Source: Gammaproteobacteria bacterium
GTDB lineage: Bacteria > Pseudomonadota > Gammaproteobacteria > CAJXQU01
Assembly (NCBI GenBank): GCA_965238175.1
Contig: CBDEGZ010000003.1
Coordinates: 2,816,001-2,880,000 of the forward strand
Reading direction: 5' to 3'
Length of the DNA: 64,000 bases
The position numbers were made by a program, and so were the translations under genes. This document shows, one piece after another, positions 25,502 through 36,264 of this stretch (its first letter is position 1; every line of letters starts with the position of its first letter). The notes below the pieces were generated by a model. The model was not told the DNA's origin, did no database searches, and saw only the letters and a list, made by a program, of their open reading frames with translations.

Positions 25502-26360
25502 TTTTTATTGTCCCGAAATGACTCAGGCTGGGCTTTCTCCAACCTGTTCTGTCAAAGCACATGATGAATATGGTTCTCAAAGAGAAATACAGATCGCTGG
25601 CGAACGACCTCTGTCGATATATCTTGACCGAAGAGAAATCGTCACTTTAATGACTCTGGGTGGTCATCCAGAGGCTTTGGTTCTAGGTTATCTAAAAAAT
25701 CAAAACTTGATCAAAAATATTGAAAGTGTAAAAGCCGTTCAAATTGACTGGGAAACCAATGCTGCCGCTGTCACTACTTTAAAACCTATCGCTGATCTTG
25801 ATCAAAAACTGGCAAAAAAAACCGTTACCACCGGTTGTGGTCAAGGAACCATGTTTGGAGAAATAATGAGTTCTCTCAATAAGGTCAAAATGCAGCCGTC
25901 CCGTCTCAAGCAATCTGTTATATATGATCTGCTCTATAACATGCGAGAGTATAACGATGTCTATAAATCTGCTGGTGCCGTTCATGGCTGTGCACTGTGC
26001 GAGCAAGATCAAATTTTAACCTTTGTTGAAGACGTTGGCCGACACAATGCTGTCGACGCAATTGCAGGAATTATGTGGCTGGGTCACCTTTCTGGTGATC
26101 AGAAAATTTTCTACACCACCGGCAGGCTAACATCCGAAATGGTAATAAAGGTATCTCAAATGGGGATCTCGATATTGTTGTCCCGTTCAGGAGTCACGCA
26201 AATGGGGCTTGAATTGGCTCAAAAAACCGGCGTTGTCATGATTGCACGAGCTAAGGGTAAACACTTCCTGGTTTTTAATGGATACGAACTAATTGATTAT
26301 GATGCTGAGAATTATATTCCTCCTTCCAGACGATCAACTAGCAAACCAAATCTCGACTAG
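25494..26360 (+). CDS. fdhD: formate dehydrogenase accessory sulfurtransferase
   Basis: TTGCGQG, GAVHGCAL, EDVGRHNAVD, TTGRLTSEMVIK. Confidence 0.93.
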   Translation: MADFYCPEMTQAGLSPTCSVKAHDEYGSQREIQIAGERPLSIYLDRREIVTLMTLGGHPEALVLGYLKNQNLIKNIESVKAVQIDWETNAAAVTTLKPIADLDQKLAKKTVTTGCGQGTMFGEIMSSLNKVKMQPSRLKQSVIYDLLYNMREYNDVYKSAGAVHGCALCEQDQILTFVEDVGRHNAVDAIAGIMWLGHLSGDQKIFYTTGRLTSEMVIKVSQMGISILLSRSGVTQMGLELAQKTGVVMIARAKGKHFLVFNGYELIDYDAENYIPPSRRSTSKPNLD

Positions 26361-26406
26361 TTTCCACCCATCCTTTTACGATTTACTACCGAATCGATGG
26401 CATCCC

Positions 26407-26551
26407 CTGGAAATGCAGATTTCAGCGAGTCCAAGCGTCTACACAGTAAGGCAGCGTACGCCGAGAATGGCCTAGTGTGTAATTTGGCCATTTTCAAGTA
26501 AGCTAACGTTGTTGTGTGGACGCTTGGACTCGCCCTCGATGCATGTTCCAG
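26407..26551. repeat. long imperfect palindrome, MITE/REP-like
   Basis: Arms GCGAGTCCAAGCGTCTACACA (26425-45) and TGTGTGGACGCTTGGACTCGC (26513-33) are 20/21 complementary; outer arms CTGGAAATGCA / TGCATGTTCCAG. Confidence 0.7.
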
Positions 26552-26594
26552 ACAGCACTCTACCTCCTGCGTTCATGCAGTCGTTTGGGTGACC

Positions 26595-26693
26595 CTATCA
26601 TTCTCGCTGGGCAGCGTTGTGTTTCTTGAAAAGGACCAAGCAACTACCCCCTTTCTGATCCGGTGAAACATGCCTTGCCAGCAAGAATGATAG
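26595..26693. repeat. second imperfect palindrome, MITE/REP-like
   Basis: Inverted arms CTATCATTCTCGCTGG ... CCAGCAAGAATGATAG. Confidence 0.6.
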
Positions 26694-26857
26694 AGAATTG
26701 TGTCAAAGTGACAGAAGAATGTCACAAATTATAAACTAAGAGGCCTTGCTATTTACTTGCGTCAATTATTCATTATTATGGACACATACATCGGGTTCCT
26801 AAACCGGACGTTCGATTGATAAAGGATTATCAATTTTTATTTATAAGGAGATACACT

Positions 26858-27499
26858 ATGAAATTCACAGCTAAAAAGTTAGTTCCTGCCATTGTTTTAA
26901 CCGTAGCATCAACCATCACATTTTCAACACAAGCAACAGTTTATAGTTTCTCAAAAAACGTTACTGGCAAGGCGGTAGAAACTTTTTCAAGTTCTTGGGA
27001 TACTCAGAGCAGTGTTCTCAAATTATCATCAAACTTCAATAATAAGAGAGGGAAGATTGATAAGTACTCTTTTCTTTTGTCGGGTGGTGGTGTCCCTAAT
27101 AGAGCAAAGAAATATTTCCAATATAATTTAGATTTAGTAAACAACCGTGTAACTATTACTGACTATTATGACAAAACTGCCACAAAAGCGACATTTGATA
27201 ATATTATCGATATTAAAGACGGTAGTTTTTCATTGAGTCTTGATCATTCGAGTCTTCTTCAAAAGGATTACATTAAAAAGAATTACAATGTTGGATATGG
27301 AGAAAACATTGGTATTTGGAACTTTTTGTATAGTGGTGGCAGGAAAGTAGATCAGCTTGATGTTCATCGTGCAAAAACTACTGCGACACAATCACCTACT
27401 CCTGGTACTGGCGTACCTGTATCAGAGCCGGGCACATTAGCATTAATGGGCTTAGGATTGTTAGGGATGGTTGGCCGTAGGAAGTTAACTAAGAAATAA
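26858..27499 (+). CDS. PEP-CTERM (VSEP variant) secreted protein
   Basis: AGGAG RBS before ATG 26858; signal peptide; C-terminal VPVSEPGTLALMGLGLLGMVGRRK. Confidence 0.85.
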   Translation: MKFTAKKLVPAIVLTVASTITFSTQATVYSFSKNVTGKAVETFSSSWDTQSSVLKLSSNFNNKRGKIDKYSFLLSGGGVPNRAKKYFQYNLDLVNNRVTITDYYDKTATKATFDNIIDIKDGSFSLSLDHSSLLQKDYIKKNYNVGYGENIGIWNFLYSGGRKVDQLDVHRAKTTATQSPTPGTGVPVSEPGTLALMGLGLLGMVGRRKLTKK

Positions 27500-27525
27500 C
27501 AATAAGTCATTTTAATTTGACACTC

Positions 27526-27554
27526 AAAGCCGAAGTTAATCTTCGGCTTTTTTT
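27526..27554 (+). terminator. rho-independent terminator
   Basis: AAAGCCGAAG-ttaat-CTTCGGCTTT followed by a T run. Confidence 0.85.
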
Positions 27555-27659
27555 GTTTAAGGGATAAAGGCTCAGTAACAAGATGACCGAATCGACCAGC
27601 GATAATAAAATGAAAGCTCCTTCTCTAGTCGAAATGCTGAATAAATGCTGACTAAAAGC

Positions 27660-27985
27660 CATACGGGTGGTTTTCAACCGAATTTGATTGGGAATGAGAC
27701 TTACTTCAACTACTAACTCCCTCTACCCCTTTACTAGTGCTATCCGCTCGCAATTCCCTGGCATGACTTTGAGCAAGCCCTTGCCAAGCACTACACTCAG
27801 GGATTTAGCTATATGGCAGAAAAATCTCCATTGCCAGCACAGCGAAAGGCAATATCATCGTTGGTACAATGAGTCACTTACAGAGCCTGCATGACAGCCA
27901 TACTTTTTACTGCCGTAGTGATGCATATCGAAACGTTACGGGGTAAAGTCGTTCACACAGTTGTTTGTGTTCGAGACTATCGAAG
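27660..27985 (+). mobile_element. IS5-family transposase remnant
   Basis: Frameshifted GRKISIASTAKGNIIVGTMSHLQSLHDSHT...HIETLRGKVVHTVVCVRDYR resembles the IS5 DDE core. Confidence 0.55.
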
Positions 27986-27989
27986 CCAT

Positions 27990-28268
27990 CATTGGCTATC
28001 TGAAATCAGATTTTCGGTTATGAAAAAAGACCATCGAATTTTTGGTTATGAGAAAAATGATATTTACTCAACAAAAATGATTCTATTATCAATTTTTACA
28101 AATGAAGTAGAAAACAATCCATTTTATTGTAAATATAGAACATTTTACGACACAAATGGAATGACACATTTGAAGCTAAAATATGTAGCCACTGAAGGTG
28201 ATTTTTTGAATATTGAGATAATAAAAGAAGGGAAAACGATTGATGAAGTTTATATGCTAAAAAAATAG
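27990..28268 (+). pseudogene. 3' fragment of an AT-rich cassette gene
   Basis: Abrupt composition change after the IS5 fragment; followed by an attC-like repeat. Confidence 0.4.
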
Positions 28269-28293
28269 TTTGAATTTGAGAAAAAAGCCAGTT

Positions 28294-28423
28294 GCCAATT
28301 AAAATATATAATTTATTGTTAGTTCTAGCCTGCTTACAAAAATCTCCGCAGATTTTCTATTCGGACTTTATTTACTAAATTAGATGCTTATCCACACAGC
28401 AAACTATATACCAAACGTTAGCT
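28294..28423 (+). repeat. attC-like cassette repeat (degenerate)
   Basis: GCCAAT(T)...CGTTAGC, ~130 bp, between a stop codon and the next ATG, with internal inverted symmetry. Confidence 0.6.
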
Positions 28424-28442
28424 ACAGTTAGAGACAACCAAA

Positions 28443-28963
28443 ATGAATGAAAAATTAGAAAACATAAAATTTGAATTGGTGAAATTTACTGAACTTGAAG
28501 TTGAAAAGTTTTTAAGAGAAAACTCTGAAAAAAACATTTTATGCATTTGCCTACGATTACAATGCTGAATATGCAGAAATTAATATTTGTTTCAATACAG
28601 AAGAAGATTTTGAAAAGACACTGAAACATTATCAAATATGGAAATTTGTCTCAGCATTACCAAACCAAAGAAGATATTGTGGACTTAAAATACAGTACTG
28701 GAGATTGGGGTTATCAATGCTTTTCTTCTATAAATGTATTTTCAGAAGATGAACTAACTAAAATACTTGAGAATTTTCCCGAGGATAATTACAAATCTTG
28801 GAAAAAATTTGTTGAGGAATTGATCCAGTCGTTTACTAAATCCATAGCTGATTTTAGTAAAACAAGAACCTTTGAGAAAATTTCTAAAACTGACAACTTT
28901 AAATTTTTTTGTATAGACCATGATGAAAATATTGAAGAAGTCGAAAAAAGAATAAAAAAATAA
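28443..28963 (+). pseudogene. frameshifted DUF4303-like (putative immunity) cassette gene
   Basis: MNEKLENIKFEL...//TFYAFAYDYNAEYAEINICFNTEE...//LKYSTGDWGYQ across three frames. Confidence 0.6.
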
Positions 28964-28968
28964 AAGTA

Positions 28969-29095
28969 GCTAACAATATATAAAAATAATAGCGATTTTA
29001 GTACTAAATTCAAAGTGAGTTTTTGTACAAAGTTTAGTACCAAATTGAAAGATTAGCACTTTAAATCCGCTACCATTCTTATATTCATCGTTAGC
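28969..29095 (+). repeat. attC-like cassette repeat (best preserved)
   Basis: Perfect outer cores GCTAAC (28969-74) / GTTAGC (29090-95); inner arms TAGCGATTTTAGTACTAA / TTAGCACTTTAAATCCGCTA. Confidence 0.75.
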
Positions 29096-29115
29096 AAACC
29101 TTAAGAGGGGAAAAT

Positions 29116-30354
29116 ATGGGAATAGTTACTGGATTAGACTTAATACATCGTGAAATCACCTCAGAAATGTATCGAATAAATAAGGGAGAAACCACGTCTT
29201 TTATTAAGCAATTAAAAGCAAAACCGTTCAAGATAAAAGACCTTTATCCTTTGTTGAAATCTGAACTGACCGATAACACAAAATTTCAAATCAATAGAAT
29301 TGCGGAAGACACACTAGAAATAGAAGAAATTATTGACGAGGAGTATCAAGAAGAATGCAATGTTTATGATCTATCCAACACCAGTGAAAAAGGAGTAACC
29401 ATAACGAGTCACTATTTTATGCCCTTGCTGCATGAGCTGCTTTCCCACTTTGCACTCGTTGGCAAAAATGTTCAAATAGATTGTAATGGCATTACTAGTT
29501 ACTATCGCACCCCAGAAACCTTTACAAACAATGAGTATCGTTATTACCACTATGTCGAAACATTTGGCATTAACGACCTCTATGCGGGGATACAGAAACA
29601 CATTGACAACTTTAAGGGCTATACTGATTATTGGACATTAACCTTGTTTGATGAGAATTTTCAAATTGAACTAAGTAATCGCAGCAGTGATATATATGAA
29701 GGAGACACAGTAGTCACTCCTGAAGATGAATTCTATAACATCACTATTAGTCAATTACTGCTCCCTCTGGGCGGTCTTGAAAAAGCATATGAAATAGATG
29801 ATAACTATTACTATTCTAGACTATCCTATGCTGAAGTACTCGCTAGTACAAAAAGCTTAATTGAAGCGTTGATAAAAACAGGGAAGGACGGCTTTCTTAC
29901 CACCTTTACGCCAAGCAGCCCATACTATTATAATTTGACTGCCCATATAGAAGAGACAAGCGTAGACCATGTCCTAGAATTTTTGGATATGCCTGATCGT
30001 TATAAGCAAGGGAATAAAATCACACATACCATCCATAAACAAGACCAGGATACGATTAAAATTACCGCTACCCAAAAAGGCACTCGTGTTGGGAATTCTA
30101 TCACCATAACGGATAATAATATTTTAAAGGGAGGACTCGACTTTGATAAATTTTATGATGAGGAAATATTTGCTGTTTTAACCAATACCATTGCCAAGCA
30201 CTTCTGTCCTTGTTATATCAGCTGCGTCGAAATGATTGAATACAGTGGATTTGCTATTTATTACAACGATGAAAAGGATAAACAACTCATTGAAAAGAAT
30301 TTTGCAAAAATAATTGGCATGGAAGAATATGGTTATCAATTTATAAAAGTATAA
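29116..30354 (+). CDS. hypothetical cassette protein (412 aa)
   Basis: Long AT-rich ORF with RBS, bounded by attC-like repeats; no family recognised. Confidence 0.7.
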   Translation: MGIVTGLDLIHREITSEMYRINKGETTSFIKQLKAKPFKIKDLYPLLKSELTDNTKFQINRIAEDTLEIEEIIDEEYQEECNVYDLSNTSEKGVTITSHYFMPLLHELLSHFALVGKNVQIDCNGITSYYRTPETFTNNEYRYYHYVETFGINDLYAGIQKHIDNFKGYTDYWTLTLFDENFQIELSNRSSDIYEGDTVVTPEDEFYNITISQLLLPLGGLEKAYEIDDNYYYSRLSYAEVLASTKSLIEALIKTGKDGFLTTFTPSSPYYYNLTAHIEETSVDHVLEFLDMPDRYKQGNKITHTIHKQDQDTIKITATQKGTRVGNSITITDNNILKGGLDFDKFYDEEIFAVLTNTIAKHFCPCYISCVEMIEYSGFAIYYNDEKDKQLIEKNFAKIIGMEEYGYQFIKV

Positions 30355-30359
30355 CATTT

Positions 30360-30484
30360 GCTAACAATAGATATAAAAAATAGTGGAGCAAGTGCCAAAA
30401 CGAAAGTATAAAAATAAAGGCCAGTAATAGTTTGAAAAGTTGGAATGTTATAATCTACTGCTTTTTACATGCTAAACGCTGAGC
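30360..30484 (+). repeat. attC-like cassette repeat
   Basis: GCTAACA starts 6 bp after the stop; degenerate end CGCTGAGC ~12 bp before the next ATG. Confidence 0.6.
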
Positions 30485-30496
30485 AATATTTAAAAT

Positions 30497-31159
30497 ATGA
30501 TTCTAAAAGATATCTTTAATAGTAAAGAAATTGATAATTATTTGGTTGCTCATTGGAAGAATATTTTTCATTCTGATTTCATTGCCAAAAGAAAAATCCA
30601 TAATAATGTGGATGAAAAAGAAATGCCCTTCATTATTGAATTGCTTAATGATGAAAACAAAAAATGGTTTGTTGCATCATATATCAATACGGTCGACTCC
30701 TTTAATAAAGAATTATTCAAGAAACTTATTGAGGTTGGAGTTAATACACCGGATCCTAGTTATAATAGTCTCTTTATTCATCCTTGTTCGAGAGTTTTTG
30801 GATGCAATAAAGTATTAGAAGAATTGGGTAAATTATTAGATAAGAATTTTGAAAATGCAGATGGGATCTTAAAATCAATTTATCACGTTTACTCTCTTAT
30901 AGTCTCAGTTAGACAATTTGATGCTGACTGGGAACAAATTGGTTTAAAATACTTATGGGATTCAGATAAAGGTTTTTTCGATTTCAGCCCTAAAAATCCG
31001 GGCTGTAAAATGACTTCTAAAGAATTTCAGGAATACTTACCAACACATTATGAATTTCTTGAAAGAAAGAAAAATTTGATTGTATCTATCAAAAATAAGA
31101 CAACTAATAAGAGTACCATTAAACAAGCCGATCATTTAATTCTACTAATGGAAGAATAG
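30497..31159 (+). CDS. hypothetical cassette protein (220 aa)
   Basis: AT-rich ORF between repeats, followed by a truncated CACAACA repeat start at ~31163. Confidence 0.65.
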   Translation: MILKDIFNSKEIDNYLVAHWKNIFHSDFIAKRKIHNNVDEKEMPFIIELLNDENKKWFVASYINTVDSFNKELFKKLIEVGVNTPDPSYNSLFIHPCSRVFGCNKVLEELGKLLDKNFENADGILKSIYHVYSLIVSVRQFDADWEQIGLKYLWDSDKGFFDFSPKNPGCKMTSKEFQEYLPTHYEFLERKKNLIVSIKNKTTNKSTIKQADHLILLMEE

Positions 31160-31186
31160 TCGCACAACACAGCATATAAAACATAG

Positions 31187-31430
31187 TTAGCAAGCACTAA
31201 ACAGAAAGAGTTGCTCCTGTTTACAAAGACTGCGAAATTTTTTAAATTTGATTTTTAAGACCATATTCGTCCACATAAATTCTTGCACCTCAACTAGGAA
31301 ACAATATCTATCATATAGATCGAAATCGAACGTATTCCCTAAATAAACAAAATATCCTCCAGACCAATTCAAATTATTTACAATTTACGGGGGGAGACGT
31401 AAATTACTTTTAGGAATTTTCCAAACCTTA
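31187..31430 (-). pseudogene. C-terminal remnant of an Imm26-like immunity gene
   Basis: IVNNLNWSGGYFVYLGN...DLYDRYCF is nearly identical to the C-terminal half of 36851-37331. Confidence 0.6.
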
Positions 31431-31436
31431 AAACAA

Positions 31437-32000
31437 TTATGGAAGTTTCACTTTTTTCTTCTTCGGAACCACTCTTTTGGGGTCTTTAAACGTTATACCT
31501 GTTAATTCATGAGTTTCAAATTTGGTTTTAAAGTCCAAAGTGCAATATAGCAAAAGATCAGACATATTTTTATCCAGAAAAAGACTGTTTCCAAGCTTAT
31601 CAGAAGTAGAAAAATCATAAATTGTTTGATTATTTTTCTCTATAATTGTACAGGCTGTTTCTACAGCCTTAACTCGCATTCCAAAATACTTTAATCTTGA
31701 ATGAATATTTATGGCTTGGAATACATCGCCACAATCGAATAAGTCCGATTCAAATAGCTGCCAAAATCTCTGAGAGAAAATAATTATTGGTCGACATTTA
31801 GCAGAGAAATCTATACCAACTCCCTTATAAATTTCGCCCTCCCTGTTAAGAGATTCGATAGGAAATTCCATGGTTGCGTCTATATGGCTTATTCCTTCGA
31901 TGTATATCTTAGTGGCGATAAGATCATCATAATCTGCATCTTCGTCGTCGACAAAGTCCAGTTCCCCGGTGTTCTCATCTGGTATAACTTCAAATAACAT
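31437..32000 (-). CDS. putative polymorphic-toxin immunity protein (Imm11/DUF1629-like)
   Basis: IIFSQRF...L, LFLDK...LYCT..FK..FE...LTGITF pattern; downstream of an Rhs fragment. Confidence 0.55.
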   Translation of the reverse strand: MLFEVIPDENTGELDFVDDEDADYDDLIATKIYIEGISHIDATMEFPIESLNREGEIYKGVGIDFSAKCRPIIIFSQRFWQLFESDLFDCGDVFQAINIHSRLKYFGMRVKAVETACTIIEKNNQTIYDFSTSDKLGNSLFLDKNMSDLLLYCTLDFKTKFETHELTGITFKDPKRVVPKKKKVKLP

Positions 32001-32100
32001 TTATAAACCTAACTTAGATAATTATTCCGTAATAAATTTTCCGAATCTATCACTTGATCCTAAATTTCTATGTCCCTACGAACTGGCTATCCACTCATAA

Positions 32101-32185
32101 GAAGCGCTTTGGCCGGAAGGGGTTGTGCGCTTGGCGAGCAGGTTGGTCTCGGAGTCGTAGTAGCGGTAAAAGTGGTAGTAAAGCG
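32101..32185 (-). pseudogene. Rhs core fragment
   Basis: Minus strand reads LYYHFYRYYDSET..., like the Rhs LYYNxxRYYDPxxG motif; GC-rich patch in AT-rich DNA. Confidence 0.6.
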
Positions 32186-32258
32186 GGTATCGGATGCATT
32201 ACACGTTGGAAAAGTTTAATTTTCAACCCAACTCTTTTGGGAAATTACCACTCTATAA

Positions 32259-32642
32259 CTATATCCGCAAAAAATCATCCAAATCAGTTGTTTTCTCGTT
32301 GACTTCGAGCTGCCATTTTTCGTTGGAAATACTATGAATTTGAACTTTTTTTGGAAAAATTTCTAAATCAGATTCAAAGTATAATGTGCAGTATATATAA
32401 TTCAATTTTAATTTTTGTAAAAAATAATAATAATCTCGAATATACTCATTCTTATCTGATTCGTAATATTCTTTAAATTCCGCACATATAGCATAGTTGT
32501 GAAATCCACTGCTTCTACATTTGTAAGGATCAAATATTGTATTTTTCAAATAGGAGGTATGACATTCAATATAATTTTCGAATTCTTCCACATCTAAGTG
32601 ATGAATTCTAATGTAGCCAGTTATTATTGTGTGGGAAGACAT
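32259..32642 (-). CDS. putative cognate immunity protein of an orphan Rhs tip
   Basis: Small AT-rich ORF immediately downstream of the Rhs C-terminal remnant. Confidence 0.5.
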   Translation of the reverse strand: MSSHTIITGYIRIHHLDVEEFENYIECHTSYLKNTIFDPYKCRSSGFHNYAICAEFKEYYESDKNEYIRDYYYFLQKLKLNYIYCTLYFESDLEIFPKKVQIHSISNEKWQLEVNEKTTDLDDFLRI

Positions 32643-32713
32643 TTTCTAATAAATTAAATCTACAACTTTAAAAACACGATATGTACTGGAATTAGGAATC
32701 AAAATTTTATCTC

Positions 32714-33010
32714 TCATAACATCTTTTTAACCAATTTGTTTACAAAATCAGTAACCACAGTTCCGTGAACCATACTGGTATCAAGCAAAAGTCTCCAGTT
32801 ATCGCTTCGTTGGTTGGCTAAGTACTCTCCAAGTTTTTTTTGACTGACCTCATCCGCTGCCAATATATTGGCTAGTGATATTTTTTTATTTGCGGACAAA
32901 GTTTCTTTAATAACGTGGACAATTTTACAGCCAGCCAATCCCAGTTTATCCATCTAGACGATTGGGTCAAGCACATAGGCTCGCGGCCTTTCACCGCCCG
33001 CCAGATCTAT
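32714..33010 (-). pseudogene. orphan Rhs C-terminal toxin module (degenerate)
   Basis: DLAGGERPRAYVLDPIV*MDKLGLAGC matches the Rhs GLxGGxNxYxYV.(N/D)P..WxDPLGL junction, followed by a unique tail. Confidence 0.7.
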
Positions 33011-33154
33011 CACAAAGCCGCTTCGCAAGAGGCTACTAAGCCCCAAGGCCAGACCACAACGGCCAAGCTTCACCGACTAAGATAGCCCGGAGACAGACCA
33101 AGGACAAACCGTTTCTTGCCGCCGGGGGTAAAGGGGGGGAAGTGGCATTAAGAT

Positions 33155-33499
33155 TCAAAGCTCAACAGAGGAAAGATCAACATCAAAACTTTGCTCATCC
33201 CATTGCTTAACCTGCGCAATAAAATCTTCTGGCAGTTCAACGTTGTACTTCTTAACATAGGTGCTTAGATCACTTCCCCAAACCCAAAAACCATCAGTCA
33301 GCATGGATTGTGGGCCAATCACCTCGCCGGAAATGATATCCTTTATAAGGCCAAAGGCAGCGGCACAAACCACCCCACTGCTAAGATAAGATATTATCTT
33401 TTCTTTATAGGCGTGCGCTTCATCACGTTTGGCCTCATAGATGCTTCCGCAATTTCCATAAGGCGTTTCTTCAAAAAAGCAGAGTGCTTTCAACTTCAT
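33155..33499 (-). CDS. putative immunity protein
   Basis: KEKIISYLSSG....D.ISGE.IG....LTDG.WVW.SDL..YV.KYNV.LPEDF pattern typical of Rhs-adjacent proteins. Confidence 0.55.
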   Translation of the reverse strand: MKLKALCFFEETPYGNCGSIYEAKRDEAHAYKEKIISYLSSGVVCAAAFGLIKDIISGEVIGPQSMLTDGFWVWGSDLSTYVKKYNVELPEDFIAQVKQWDEQSFDVDLSSVEL

Positions 33500-33540
33500 A
33501 ATTAGTTACCTGTGACCGTAACTTATTGTAATTCAAGTCG

Positions 33541-33758
33541 TCAGTCTAATCCCTTTTTTTGCTTAGGTATCTTTCGAATGGCGGGAGAAAAACAGGCACC
33601 AGTGAATTCACTTCTCTCAAATGTGTTTTTAAAGTGCTCCGTACAAAATATGGACATCTGTGAAGATTTTTTATCACGAAAAACATGAATACCTGGAGGA
33701 ACAGGTTTGGTGAATTCCTTTATCGAGAAATCTGGATCCTTCTTTGTCTGGGACACGG
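33541..33758 (-). pseudogene. C-terminal half of an Imm11-like gene split by IS3 and IS481
   Basis: VFRDKKSSQMSIFCTEHFKNTFERSEFTGACF aligns with the C-terminus of 31437-32000. Confidence 0.6.
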
Positions 33759-35021
33759 TGAACCTGCTACATTTTAACGGATACATTAAATAGGCGACAA
33801 TATGCCTTTAGGAGTATCCAAATGACCAGCAACAGAAAACCATACAAAACCTATACCCGAGAATTCAAACTAGAAGCGTTACGCTTGATGGAGCAATCAG
33901 ATAAACCGTCATCTGAGATTGCCGCTGAACTTGGTATACGGCGTAATCAGCTCTATAAATGGAAAGAACAACTGACCGACAAAGGTGATACTGCATTCCC
34001 AGAACAACGTGGAAGGCCTAAGAAAGAAGCACAAAGTGAACTCACCACCTTACGCCAAGATAATGCACGGCTGAAGGAGGAAGTTGAGATATTAAAAAAG
34101 GCCGCGGTGTACTTTGCAGGCGAACTCAAGTGAAGTACGCCTTTATTAAAATACAACGTCGCCATCACTCTGTGTCGTTATTATGTCGCACCCTGACTGT
34201 CTCAGTCAGTGGTTATTATGATTGGTTAGACAGGCCTCAAAGTAAGACACACTCAACGAATCAACGGTTACTGACGAAAATAAGATGTTTTCATCAAGCT
34301 AGTTTTAAGCGTTATGGTTCACCTCGGATACATCGAGACCTACTCGATTCAGGTGAAAAAGTAAGTCGACCGCGTGTTGCACGTTTGATGAAGACTGCTG
34401 GCATTCAATCGAAGATGGCCAAACGGTTTGTGATTACAACCAATTCAAAAAATACCACAGCACCTGCACCCGATAGGCTCAAACGTGAATTTCGTGTCAA
34501 TGAAACAAATAAAGCCTGGGTAGCTGACACGACCTTTATTCGTACTCGGCAAGGTTGGTTATATTTGGCTACCATGATGGACTTGTATTCACGGCAAATT
34601 ATTGGCTGGGCGATGTCTGAGCGTAATGACACCAAGCTAGTCACTGATGCGTTAACGATGTCGCTGTCACGCAGAGACAAGGCAAAAGATGTGATTGTCC
34701 ATTCCGACCAAGGCAGCACTTATGCCTCGGGTGATTATCGAAAGCTCATTAAAGATAATGGCTTCCTTTGTAGTATGAGCCGAAAAGGTGAATGCCATGA
34801 TAATGCGGTCGCTGAAAGTTTCTTCGGCAGCCTCAAAACAGAGTTGGTTGATGATGAGGATTATCGAACACGTAGCGATGCCAAACAAAGCCTATTTCAC
34901 TATATTGAAGTGTTTTATAATCGAAGACGGAGGCATTCTTATTTAGGCTATGTTAGCCCTGTAGAATTTGAGCGGGCAAATGCCCCTTAGTTATTTGCTC
35001 CGTTAAAGTGTTGCAACCTCA
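33759..35021 (+). mobile_element. IS3-family element (orfA 33822-34133, orfB 34130-34990)
   Basis: TG...CA ends with IRs TGAACCTGCTACATTTTAACGGA / TCCGTTAAAGTGTTGCAACCTCA; OrfA HTH; OrfB WVADTT, HSDQG, DNAVAESFF; no target duplication visible. Confidence 0.93.
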
Positions 35022-35038
35022 ATTCCGGACGGTTTAGT

Positions 35039-36264
35039 TGTAGAAATTCAGATTTGATCTGACAGTTACCCAATTATCAGTAACCGACTGTCAGGTTAAG
35101 TTTAATTCACAAACTTTTCCTTCCAGATAGCTTGTCCGTCGATGAGTGTTTCCATCGGCGTCCTCCCGCAGCACATTTTGCCTTGGTGAGTTCGTTGAGT
35201 ATTGTATTTGAGCAACCATTCGTCAAGGTCGAGTTGCAGTTCATCAATCGATTGGTAAATTTTCTTACGCAAAGCGACTTGATAAAACTCATTGAGGATC
35301 GTCTTATGGAATCGCTCACAAATACCATTCGTCTGAGGTGATTTGACCTTGGTTTTGGTGTGTTCGATATTGTTCAACGCCATATAAAGCTGATAATCAT
35401 GCTGGTCAGCTCGCCCACAATACTCCGTCCCTCTATCTGTCAAAATGCGCAACATAGGCAAACGTTGTTCTTCGTAGAATGGGAGGACGCGGTCATTGAG
35501 CATGTCAGCTGCCGTAATCGGTGTTTTAGTCGGGTACAGTTTCGCGTGAGCGACCTTGCTGTAAGTATCAACAAACGTTTGTTGATAAACCCGACCAATG
35601 CCTTTGAAAGTACCGACATAGTAAGTATCTTGCGAGCCAAGATAACCAGGGTGTGCCGTTTCTATCTCGCCACAAGCCTCATCGTCGTCTTTTTTGCGTT
35701 CCATCGCCGCGACTTGAGACTCAGTGAGGATCAAGCCTTCACCAGCTACCTTATCAGACAATGCCTTCAGGCGATCTTTAAAGCAAGCAAGACCATGACG
35801 AAGCCAGATACAACGAACGCCACTGGGTGAGACAAATGTTCCCCGTTTGCGCAGCTCGTTACTGGTGCGCGTTTGACCATGTGCGGGCTCTTCCAGTGCA
35901 TACTCGAGCACAACGGTTTCAATAGCCGGGTCGATTCTGTTTTTAAGATTTGGGGTACGCCGATTACGATCAAACAAGGCTTCTACACCGCCTTCATCAG
36001 CCGCTTCTTTGTAGCGATAAAATGTATCTCTGGACAAACCCATCATCTTGCAGGCTTTTGAGACATTGCCGAGTTCTTCAGCGAGATTGAGTAGACCAAC
36101 TTTATGTTTTATAACTTTGTCATTAGTATGAATCATGAGAGTTACCTCTTTGTGTTTTGATGTTTACGTTGCAGTTACATCAAAGCGGGTAACTCTCACT
36201 AAATCAAGCGTCGCTACGCTCCGCTTGATTTAGTGATGTGTCAGATTGGGTCTAAACTTCTACA
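35039..36264 (-). mobile_element. IS481-family element, copy 1 (transposase 35102-36136)
   Basis: 1226 bp, TGT...ACA ends, 344-aa DDE transposase (SQDT, LTDRGTEY, QTNGICERF); flanks not duplicated; 3' end diverges from copies 2-4. Confidence 0.95.

Noticed and set aside
27891-28268. Intact 125-aa gene
   Set aside because: Chimera of an IS5 fragment and a cassette 3' fragment.
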